The translations under genes and the position numbers were made by a program. A DNA stretch of 43,749 bases, taken from the IMG/VR virus record IMGVR_UViG_3300044708_000031, positions 1-43,749 of that record; one strand, 5' to 3'. Below, in pieces: positions 8,402 through 15,397 of this stretch. Numbering within the stretch: the stretch's first letter is position 1; every line of letters starts with the position of its first letter. The notes under the pieces were generated by a model. It was given only the letters and a program-made list of their open reading frames with translations. It was not told the DNA's origin and made no database searches. The stretch comes from a virus (Duplodnaviria > Caudoviricetes).

Positions 8402-8800
8402 ATGGTCGCCCTGAATTTCAAGGCACAGTTCGCCGACGACGTGGAGGAAGGCCGGAAGCGCCGGACCATCCGCAAGGATCGCAAGGACGGTCGCGACCCT
8501 CGGCGCGGCGACGCGCTGCAGCTCTACACCGGCATGCGTCAGAAGGGGTGCCGCAAGCTCCGCGACGCGAAATGCACCAGCGTTCGGCTGGTTACGATCG
8601 ACCACATGGGTGTCACGGTCGAGTTCAAGAAACTCTATGCGGGCGATGCCCCGGCATACCAAGGCGGCCCCGATCCCGAAAGTTACGACGGCGATTTTGC
8701 GCGCGCCGATGGATTCGACAGTTTCCCGGATATGGTCGAGTTCTTTGAGAAGCAGCACGGCCTACCATTCCACGGAAGACTTATCGAGTGGGCGGCATGA
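8402..8800 (+). CDS. ASCH domain protein
   Basis: LNFKAQFADDVEEGRKRRTIR...GDALQLYTGMR...FARADGF. Confidence 0.8.
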   Translation: MVALNFKAQFADDVEEGRKRRTIRKDRKDGRDPRRGDALQLYTGMRQKGCRKLRDAKCTSVRLVTIDHMGVTVEFKKLYAGDAPAYQGGPDPESYDGDFARADGFDSFPDMVEFFEKQHGLPFHGRLIEWAA

Positions 8801-9207
8801 CCGCGCGCGCCCCCTGCCCCTTGAAAGCCGCCGAGATCGCCCGCGACTACGGCTTTACGGCGCGCTACTGGACGAAGCAGGCGGCCGCCGGCCGCGTTCC
8901 CGGTGCATGGCAACCGTCCGGGCCGGGCGGCGCATGGCTATTCGACAAGGACGAGTTTATTGCGTGGAAAAAGGCCAGCAAGCGAGAGGTCGCGACATGT
9001 CCGCGCTATACCGTCGAGGCAAGGTCTATTGGGCGCGCGCCCAGCGTCAGGGTCGAGAGCAGCGCCGAAGCCTCAAGACAGCGGATCGAGCACTTGCTGA
9101 AAAGCGTCTTAGGCAATGGCTCGCCGAACTCGACGCCACCGCATGGGGCGACAAGCCGCGGCGGACGTTCGGCGAAGCATCCGAGAAATTCATCCGCGAA
9201 CACCTGA
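8797..9207 (+). CDS. xis: Excisionase-like HTH protein whose C-terminal extension overlaps int
   Basis: LKAAEIARDYGFTARYW...GRVPGAWQP...GAWLFD; immediately upstream of the integrase. Confidence 0.7.
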   Translation: MTARAPCPLKAAEIARDYGFTARYWTKQAAAGRVPGAWQPSGPGGAWLFDKDEFIAWKKASKREVATCPRYTVEARSIGRAPSVRVESSAEASRQRIEHLLKSVLGNGSPNSTPPHGATSRGGRSAKHPRNSSANT

Positions 9208-10064
9208 CCACGATCAAGCCGAGCAGCGCGCGCCGGTACGGCGTGAGCCTCAAGAATCTAGCCGAGCACTTTGGAACGATGATGCTGGACCAGATCAAGG
9301 TGGCGGCGCTTTCCGACTTCGAGACGAAGCGGCGGGCCGATGGCGTGACGAACGGCACGATCCGCAGGGATCTGGCCTGCCTGTCCTCGCTGCTGACATC
9401 GGCGACAGATTGGGAATGGCTGGACGCCAACCCGGTCCCGGCATACCTGCGGCGCCGCGCCAAGCGCGGGCTCAAGGAAGCCCCTCCTCGCACCCGCTAC
9501 CTGACCGAGACGGAGGAAGCCCGATTGCTGGACCACGCGAGCCCGGCAGTGCGTGACGCGATCACCCTGGCGATCGACACCGGCTTGCGTTTGAACGAAC
9601 TGTTCGGGCTCCAGTGGTCACAGATCGACTTCGCGCGCGGGATCATCGCCACCACCACCCGGACCAAGAGCGGCCGGGCGCGGCACGTCCCGCTGCCGGC
9701 GCGCAGCCGCACAATTCTCGGCACAGTCCCGCGGCGGCTGGACACCCCCTATGTGCTGGTCAATCCGGACACCGGCACCCGCTACGTCAACATGTCCAAG
9801 GGGCTGGAGGCGGCGCGGCGCCGCAGCTCCACCGCGGCCCTGTCCTGGCATGATTTGCGGCGCACCGCGGGCTGCCGCTGGCTCCAGCGCGACGGCCGGT
9901 CAATGGCCGAAGTCTCGATGCTTCTGGGCCATTCGAGCGTGGCCGTGACCGAGCAGCGGTATGCCTTCCTCGACAGCGAGGCCGTGGCGGAATCGGTGAG
10001 CGACCGCACAAAACCCGGCACAGGCGCTGCGGACTCGAATGCGAAACGAAAGGCCGTGCAATGA
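8997..10064 (+). CDS. int: Tyrosine integrase
   Basis: GAGAGGT RBS; DTGLRLNEL (R), TKSG (K), WHDLRRT (HxxR), LGH, TEQRY (Y); N-terminal arm-binding LYRRGKVYW. Confidence 0.95.
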   Translation: MSALYRRGKVYWARAQRQGREQRRSLKTADRALAEKRLRQWLAELDATAWGDKPRRTFGEASEKFIREHLTTIKPSSARRYGVSLKNLAEHFGTMMLDQIKVAALSDFETKRRADGVTNGTIRRDLACLSSLLTSATDWEWLDANPVPAYLRRRAKRGLKEAPPRTRYLTETEEARLLDHASPAVRDAITLAIDTGLRLNELFGLQWSQIDFARGIIATTTRTKSGRARHVPLPARSRTILGTVPRRLDTPYVLVNPDTGTRYVNMSKGLEAARRRSSTAALSWHDLRRTAGCRWLQRDGRSMAEVSMLLGHSSVAVTEQRYAFLDSEAVAESVSDRTKPGTGAADSNAKRKAVQ

Positions 10065-10235
10065 CTTGCGAGAATGGCGCGACGACCTCTGACTCCGTCA
10101 ATCTAGGTTCGAATCCTAGTTCCCCAGCCACAGGAAATGCCGGTATTACGGGCGTTTCTGGCGCTCCGGACCCCGCGGAACGATCGGCACAAGCGGAACA
10201 GACAGCGGACACCGGCCGCACAGAACCCGGCACAG
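10004..10235 (+). repeat. Int arm-type site repeats flanking attP
   Basis: CCGCACAAAACCCGGCACAG (10004-10023) and CCGCACAGAACCCGGCACAG (10216-10235), 19/20 identical; third copy CCGCACAATTCTCGGCACAG at 9707-9726. Confidence 0.75.
10087..10130 (+). other. attP core: 3' half of tRNA-Gln(CTG), not a complete tRNA
   Basis: CT-CTG-AC anticodon loop, TCCGT stem half, T-arm CTAGG-TTCGAAT-CCTAG, acceptor half TTCCCCA-G-CCA; 22 bp after the int stop; no 5' TGGGGAA half upstream. Confidence 0.9.
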
Positions 10236-10326
10236 CGTACCGCGCCGAGGTCGCCCGGATAAACCGCGCCACCGATCGCGAGATCGATGAAGCGTGCCGC
10301 CGCCCCTCCCGTGCGGGAGGCCAGTG

Positions 10327-10596
10327 ATGGGCGACGCAACAACCGAAACTGTGCGGCGCATCCTCGCAGGGTTCGTGTCTGATCCGCCCGATAGCGACTT
10401 CCAGCAAGGCTATCTCGCGGCCGTTCTGACGATCGCCAACGAGGTGTTGGGCATCCACGCGACCGACCCACTATGGGCGCAGGCCGATGCACTGCTCGGC
10501 GGCGCCAATCCTGCCTACGTCGCGGCCATCAGAGAGCAGGCCGAAAAGAAGCGCGCGCCGTTCACCGTTATCGACGGCGGCAAGATTATCCCATAG
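10327..10596 (+). CDS. Hypothetical protein
   Basis: GGAGG RBS; DPPDSDFQQGYLAA; ends FTVIDGGK. Confidence 0.65.
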   Translation: MGDATTETVRRILAGFVSDPPDSDFQQGYLAAVLTIANEVLGIHATDPLWAQADALLGGANPAYVAAIREQAEKKRAPFTVIDGGKIIP

Positions 10597-10614
10597 GGGC
10601 CGTGAGAGGACAAG

Positions 10615-10869
10615 ATGACACCTGAAACTAAAGCTCAACTCAACCAAGAGATCGAGGCCGCCCGCAAGGCTGGCTACGAGGAAGGCTACGCTGCCGCTCA
10701 ACGCAAATACGCGCTCGCAACATCAGACGAGTTGAACGACATCGTGAACAAGATGTGGCTTGAGGCGAGAGATTTTTTGCAGCGTCGGGCAAACGAGGTT
10801 GGGCGACCATTGCACCAAGGCATTCCGGGGTTGCCGGATGTGATGCCGCTCCACCGGCATGAGCAGTGA
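10615..10869 (+). CDS. Hypothetical protein
   Basis: GAGGA RBS; AGYEEGYAAA helix. Confidence 0.6.
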   Translation: MTPETKAQLNQEIEAARKAGYEEGYAAAQRKYALATSDELNDIVNKMWLEARDFLQRRANEVGRPLHQGIPGLPDVMPLHRHEQ

Positions 10870-10884
10870 TGGGGAAACAGCGAC

Positions 10885-11103
10885 ATGACGATCAAGCAGA
10901 GAGACTACGACATTCTCGACGGCCTCAAATCGAGTGGCCACGCGTTCGTCGCTGCTAGCGAAGTCGCCGATGCCTTCCGACTTGCCGATGAAGGGTTGGT
11001 TGCGATCTGGACAACCGGCGAAGGATTTCACGCTTGGCGGCTCACGCCACAAGGCGAGATGCGGATCGCGAACGTAAAGGTCAATCACGAAGCGATCTTG
11101 TAA
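10885..11103 (+). CDS. Hypothetical protein, possible winged helix
   Basis: RLADEGLV...WRLTPQG. Confidence 0.55.
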   Translation: MTIKQRDYDILDGLKSSGHAFVAASEVADAFRLADEGLVAIWTTGEGFHAWRLTPQGEMRIANVKVNHEAIL

Positions 11104-11131
11104 CCGCTCATGCGTCGGAAGGGAGGAAACC

Positions 11132-11431
11132 ATGACCTACGACCAATGGAAATGCGATCCAGGCTACGACGATCCGCCTGAGGAAGATTGCATCCACGAG
11201 GAATATGAAGCCGATTGGAACGGCCTCGCAACGTGCGACCGATGCGGTTGCTGTTGGTGGCTGACTTCGGAGCAGATCGCAGCCGACCGTGCGCACAGCA
11301 AAGCCTATGACCGCTACTGTCGCCGCGAGGAGAGACTTGAGAAGTGGCGCCAAGTGCGCGCGTGGTTCCGGTCATTCCTGCCGAAGCGCAAGCGTCAGCC
11401 TGCGCTGATCGACGACGAAATTCCGTTCTAA
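11132..11431 (+). CDS. Cys-containing protein ending in an SSB-like acidic tail (DDEIPF)
   Basis: GGGAGGA RBS; CxH...CDRCGC; C-terminus LIDDEIPF. Confidence 0.7.
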   Translation: MTYDQWKCDPGYDDPPEEDCIHEEYEADWNGLATCDRCGCCWWLTSEQIAADRAHSKAYDRYCRREERLEKWRQVRAWFRSFLPKRKRQPALIDDEIPF

Positions 11432-11454
11432 TCGATCTTCAGTAGGAACCGACT

Positions 11455-11661
11455 ATGCCGTTCAAGGTCGAACGAGAGCCACGCGCAATGCGTTTCGAGC
11501 CGCGCGAGCGATGTTGCTTCTGCCGAGTGCCTACTCGCTTTTGGCGAAGTAGTCGCGATGTTGCATGCTGTCCGGATTGCGCAGAGAGCCACACGGTGGC
11601 CGAACTTCCGACCAAGGCAGAGTGGTGCGCCAAAGAACGCATGCTCGAAGAGCGTCGGTAA
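11455..11661 (+). CDS. Small Zn-finger protein
   Basis: ERCCFCRVPTRFW...VACCPDCA. Confidence 0.65.
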   Translation: MPFKVEREPRAMRFEPRERCCFCRVPTRFWRSSRDVACCPDCAESHTVAELPTKAEWCAKERMLEERR

Positions 11662-11682
11662 CATCACACAAGGGAGCCGAAG

Positions 11683-11883
11683 ATGAGGCCCGAGAGCACG
11701 CCAGAATTAATCGAGAGGGCACGGCAATTCGCGCTTGAGAAGCCGTCGACCAGCTATATCCAACGAAGGCTGATGATCGGCTACAACCATGCATGCGAGC
11801 TCATGGAGCATTTCGAAGCCGAGGGAACCGTGTCGCCCCGGCGCCCCGATGGGACGCGCGAAGTTTTGAGCCGCTCCCGATGA
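11683..11883 (+). CDS. Stand-alone FtsK gamma (winged-helix) domain protein
   Basis: STSYIQRRLMIGYNHACELMEHFEAEGTVSP...GTREVL matches the FtsK-gamma consensus S.S.LQRRL.IGYNRAA.L.E.ME..G.VS....G.REVL. Confidence 0.85.
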   Translation: MRPESTPELIERARQFALEKPSTSYIQRRLMIGYNHACELMEHFEAEGTVSPRRPDGTREVLSRSR

Positions 11884-12068
11884 CTGAGCGGCACAGGACA
11901 AAGATAAATCGTTGGGGTCCGCGTACCTTCACGCCCGCGCAATGGATCAAGCGCGATCTTCGGAGTGCCGCGACGCGAGCGGAGAAGGACCGGAAGGCTG
12001 GAAAGCGCACGATCACGCTGGCAAAATCAGCCGCTGACGGTGAGACATCGCGGAAACAGGAGGGGTAG
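11880..12068 (+). CDS. Basic hypothetical protein
   Basis: ATGA-coupled. Confidence 0.5.
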   Translation: MTERHRTKINRWGPRTFTPAQWIKRDLRSAATRAEKDRKAGKRTITLAKSAADGETSRKQEG

Positions 12069-12302
12069 ATGGTGACAGGGCGCGCCGGAGCGACAACGCT
12101 CTACATTGCATTCAACCCTGACGCCGCCGTACATGACCGCGAGGCTGCGCTGGCGCGCATCGCCGCCGAGTATGGCCCAGGCTTTGCCGCCCACATTGCG
12201 GAGAGCGTCGAGGTTAGCGAAATGATCTCACGCAACCGCGCCGACGCCCTGCGCATATCGCGCAATGCTCGGCAGCGGGCCGCACGCCGCGATCATACCT
12301 GA
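12069..12302 (+). CDS. Hypothetical protein
   Basis: AGGAGG RBS. Confidence 0.55.
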   Translation: MVTGRAGATTLYIAFNPDAAVHDREAALARIAAEYGPGFAAHIAESVEVSEMISRNRADALRISRNARQRAARRDHT

Positions 12303-12315
12303 CAAGGGGCTGAGA

Positions 12316-12561
12316 ATGGACATCGTTGAACGACTGCGCTTTGACGCCGCCAGATGCGAGGTCGATTACTCGAAGGGCGTCGCGACGAACATTGAGGAAG
12401 GCGCCGCCGAAATCGAGCGGCTGCGGGCGGCTCTCCAAGAGATTGCCGACATGCCGCCGCTGCGATCCTTCAATTCCGATGGCTCGCCGGGCGGCGTTTA
12501 CGACGCGGAGCAAAAGGTCGCTCGGCGCGCTCTTGAGCAGCAACCGACTGGAGAGAAATGA
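12316..12561 (+). CDS. DIVERLR...AAEIERLR family phage protein
   Basis: MDIVERLR...EEGAAEIERLRAALQEIA; same family as 8050-8400. Confidence 0.7.
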   Translation: MDIVERLRFDAARCEVDYSKGVATNIEEGAAEIERLRAALQEIADMPPLRSFNSDGSPGGVYDAEQKVARRALEQQPTGEK

Positions 12562-12737
12562 TGGCCATAGACCAGCGGGCGTTTTTTGCGGAATCGAAGC
12601 GGCTACAGGAAGAATTTGGCCTCACCCGCGATCAGGCCGACATGCTTGCCGCTCACAAATTCTGGGACGGCTTAGTTGATGAGCAGATGAAGCCAACCGA
12701 GGGTGAGCCAGTCAGCCGCCGGCCGAGCCGATCATAA
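12558..12737 (+). CDS. 59-aa hypothetical protein (not in the ORF track)
   Basis: MMAIDQRAFFAESKRLQEEFGLTRDQADMLAAHKFWDG...; GGAG RBS, ATGA-coupled. Confidence 0.55.
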   Translation: MMAIDQRAFFAESKRLQEEFGLTRDQADMLAAHKFWDGLVDEQMKPTEGEPVSRRPSRS

Positions 12738-12740
12738 GCG

Positions 12741-12926
12741 ATGAGCGTCGTGGAAAAGATCGCCCACCTATTCAAGAGTCGCCACCCGCGACGCTTCCAT
12801 GGCGAATGCCAGAGATGCGGTCGGCTCGACTATCTGCCGTGGGCAACTGAGCATGGTGTCAGATACTGCGGGCACTGCTGGGAAAAGGATGCGCTCGCAT
12901 ATGCCGCAGCCGCTGTTGGGCAATGA
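12741..12926 (+). CDS. Small Zn-finger protein, last gene of the + arm
   Basis: CQRCG...YCGHC. Confidence 0.55.
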   Translation: MSVVEKIAHLFKSRHPRRFHGECQRCGRLDYLPWATEHGVRYCGHCWEKDALAYAAAAVGQ

Positions 12927-12932
12927 CGGGCG

Positions 12933-13223
12933 CTATTTCACCAGCACCTTGAAGCCAGCCCAGAAGGCGGCGAGCGCGCTGACGACCAGCATGCCGATGA
13001 TGGTCAGGATCGCCTTGCCGGCCGCACCCTCGCAGCGCTCGCGCGTCGCGCGCAGCCACTGCATGTCCTTCTGAGCGTGGAAGGGCTCGCTGGGGTCGAG
13101 TCCCATTGCGGTGAGGGTTTGGTGAACGGCCTGCTCAGCCGCCTCCGACGCGACTTGCTTCAGAAGCGCAACGTCTGCCGGCCTAAGTCCCTCAATATTA
13201 ATGCGGGAATGTCCTTCGCTCAT
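12933..13223 (-). CDS. Membrane protein with C-terminal TM (holin/antiholin-like)
   Basis: LTAMGLDPSEPFHAQKDMQWLR followed by hydrophobic ILTIIGMLVVSALAAFWAGF; end of the lysis cluster. Confidence 0.6.
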   Translation of the reverse strand: MSEGHSRINIEGLRPADVALLKQVASEAAEQAVHQTLTAMGLDPSEPFHAQKDMQWLRATRERCEGAAGKAILTIIGMLVVSALAAFWAGFKVLVK

Positions 13224-13369
13224 CGCCCCGCTGCCACTACCGGCGTACGGAAAGAGGGACACGGAACGGTGGTATATTTGAGCTCAGCCATTGGTGCCCC
13301 TCCCTCGGGCGTCGGTGGTTAGGCTCGCGCGGACTGTTCGTCCAGCACGCGCGGGCCGCTTGTTACGCT

Positions 13370-13537
13370 CTACAATCTCCCGGTCAGCAGCAGGATCACG
13401 AGCACGATCAGCAGAATGCCGACGATGCCGATGCCGCCGTGTCCGAACCCGTAGCCATATCCGCCTGGTCCAATGCCGCCGAGGCCGCCGAGCAAGACGA
13501 CCACGAGGATGATGACGAGTAGCAGTCCAATCGACAT
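13370..13537 (-). CDS. DUF3309-like 55-aa two-TM protein (not in the ORF track)
   Basis: MSIGLLLVIILVVVLLGGLGG...GYGYGFGHGGIGIVGILLIVLVILLLTGRL; GGAGG RBS. Confidence 0.8.
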   Translation of the reverse strand: MSIGLLLVIILVVVLLGGLGGIGPGGYGYGFGHGGIGIVGILLIVLVILLLTGRL

Positions 13538-13538
13538 G

Positions 13539-13778
13539 TTAGCCTCCAAACTTCTGTGATAACGGGCTTGGCCCCGTTCCGTTCGTTCCGCCGACCAGCG
13601 GCGCGCTGATCTCCCGCAAGTCGCCCTCGCGCACTTCGCTGCCGAAGATCATGGCCAGCACCTCGGGCGCGGCGTCGACCTGCACATAACTTGGGTGGCC
13701 GCGATGGATCAGCGACAGCAGCACCTTCCGCATTCCGTTTACCGGGTTGATGCTCTGGACGGTGAAGGTTGCGGGCAT
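13539..13778 (-). CDS. Hypothetical protein
   Basis: Tightly packed in the - strand operon. Confidence 0.55.
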   Translation of the reverse strand: MPATFTVQSINPVNGMRKVLLSLIHRGHPSYVQVDAAPEVLAMIFGSEVREGDLREISAPLVGGTNGTGPSPLSQKFGG

Positions 13779-13779
13779 G

Positions 13780-14190
13780 TCAGTGTCTCAAAAGAGCGGC
13801 GGCGACGATTGCCGCGACGCCGAGCGCGCCGACGATATACCCGCCGAGCGCCGCCCATTTCCCGGTGTCGGACTTGGCGATCCGTTCCTTGAGATCGTCG
13901 ATACGTTCGGCCAGCGCGTCGATTTGTTTCGTGGTGGACAATGCAGCCTTGTCGATCGCGAGCGTGCTGCTGTCGTTCTGCTGCTTGACCAGCTCTTGCG
14001 CGGCCTTGAGCGCGGCTGCAAGCGCGGTATCGCGGCCGGCGAATTTCTCGATCACCAGTTCGCGGAAGCCGGTCAGCTTGGTGTCGAACAACTTTTCGAT
14101 TTCAGAGCGCGCGAGCGCAACAGCATCCGTGGTCAACTTCGTCGGATCAGGAACCGGGACAATGCCCGGCCCCTGCTGTTGCGTGACCAT
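13780..14190 (-). CDS. Coiled-coil protein with C-terminal TM (lysis region)
   Basis: QIDALAERIDDLKERI followed by WAALGGYIVGALGVAAIVAAAL. Confidence 0.65.
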   Translation of the reverse strand: MVTQQQGPGIVPVPDPTKLTTDAVALARSEIEKLFDTKLTGFRELVIEKFAGRDTALAAALKAAQELVKQQNDSSTLAIDKAALSTTKQIDALAERIDDLKERIAKSDTGKWAALGGYIVGALGVAAIVAAALLRH

Positions 14191-14193
14191 CGG

Positions 14194-14595
14194 TCAGTCC
14201 GCCGGCTGCGGGATCGGGATGCCGCGCTTGGCGATCTCGGTCATAACCTGCTTGTGCAGCCACACGTTCTGCTCGGGCAGGCCGTCGAACTCGCGGCCCA
14301 TGTCCGGATTGAACTCGGTCGCCAGTTGCCTGCGCGCGGCCTTCGAACTGTCCATGTCGAGCAGCTTGAGCAGATCCACGATCGATGTCCGCCATTTCAG
14401 TTTCTGCGGGTCGTTCGCCGCCTTCTCGTCCAGCCGCCCAGCGACCTCGCCGGCCGGGATGTCGAAGTGCTGCGCGATGTGCTCCTTCACGTCCTCGACG
14501 TGATCCACGATCTTTTCGCCGACATCGCGCACGTCCTGCGCGATGACGTGCAGAACGGCTTTCAGCTTGCCGAACAGAGTGTCAAAGATGCTCAT
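14194..14595 (-). CDS. DUF3597 family protein
   Basis: KLKWRTSIVDLLKLLDMDSSKAARRQLATE...NVWLHKQVM. Confidence 0.85.
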   Translation of the reverse strand: MSIFDTLFGKLKAVLHVIAQDVRDVGEKIVDHVEDVKEHIAQHFDIPAGEVAGRLDEKAANDPQKLKWRTSIVDLLKLLDMDSSKAARRQLATEFNPDMGREFDGLPEQNVWLHKQVMTEIAKRGIPIPQPAD

Positions 14596-14639
14596 TTGGA
14601 CTTCTCCGGTTTGCCGTCGACGACGGCGGGGGTGAGGTT

Positions 14640-14996
14640 TCAGACACCGCGGCGGTCAAGTTCGGCGTCGACCGCGGGAGGTGCCGCTACAGCGGCGGCG
14701 GCAGGCGCAACCGCTTGAGCAGCTTCGATCGCGACCGCTGCGGGCGTAACTTTTTCGGCCAACTTCTCGGCCGTCTTGGACATCTGTTCGTCTTTCGCGG
14801 TCGAGCCGGACGACGATCCGATCCAGTAAGACACCACGCTGGTGAAATTCGACGCGAGCGCGCCGACCAGAAGCGTCAGCGTTTCTCCCGGCGTCCCGCC
14901 CGCCGCCTTCTCGGTAATGAACATATAGGTGACGATGAGAAAGCCGCACACCACGAGAAGGGATACGAGCACACGCCCGACGTTGTTCGTGCTCAT
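14640..14996 (-). CDS. Holin-like two-TM protein
   Basis: Two TM segments, then VVSYWIGSSSGSTAKD motif; downstream of the endolysin. Confidence 0.7.
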   Translation of the reverse strand: MSTNNVGRVLVSLLVVCGFLIVTYMFITEKAAGGTPGETLTLLVGALASNFTSVVSYWIGSSSGSTAKDEQMSKTAEKLAEKVTPAAVAIEAAQAVAPAAAAVAAPPAVDAELDRRGV

Positions 14997-14998
14997 GC

Positions 14999-15397
14999 TC
15001 AGCCCTTCTTGCTGTTGAGACAGGCTTGTGCCTGCGCGCGGTAGTGGTCCGTCATCTCGACGCCGTGCGCCTTGGCGGCCGTCTCGATCATTCCCATCGT
15101 CGCCCACGACGGCACGCGCGAGCACCAGGCGGTGTGCGTCTTGGCCTTCTTGAACTTCGATTTGATGCGGCGGGACTTTGCCAGTGCGGGCTTCGGGTGC
15201 GGCTTCGCGGCGGGGACCGGGACGGCAACCGGCGGCACGGCCTTGGAGGGCTCGGCCGCCACCGCCGGAGGATCGGGCGCCGGGATCAAAACCGGGACCG
15301 GCGCCTGACAGGATTTCGGCCACAGCACGCATTGCCACGGCTTGGCGTGCGCTGGCGCGGCGATCAGCACCGCGGCGAGGATGAGGGCGGATTTCAT
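14999..15397 (-). CDS. Secreted Pro-rich protein (lysis region)
   Basis: Signal peptide MKSALILAAVLIAAPAHA; Pro-rich linker; Cys pairs. Confidence 0.6.
   Translation of the reverse strand: MKSALILAAVLIAAPAHAKPWQCVLWPKSCQAPVPVLIPAPDPPAVAAEPSKAVPPVAVPVPAAKPHPKPALAKSRRIKSKFKKAKTHTAWCSRVPSWATMGMIETAAKAHGVEMTDHYRAQAQACLNSKKG

Noticed and set aside
8610-8996. 484-aa integrase with a long N-terminal extension, as in the ORF track
   Set aside because: The extension overlaps the ASCH and xis genes. The RBS and typical Int N-terminus point to the ATG at 8997.
10055-10130. Complete phage-encoded tRNA-Gln
   Set aside because: Only the anticodon loop to CCA is present. There is no 5' acceptor strand or D-arm, so it is an attP core.
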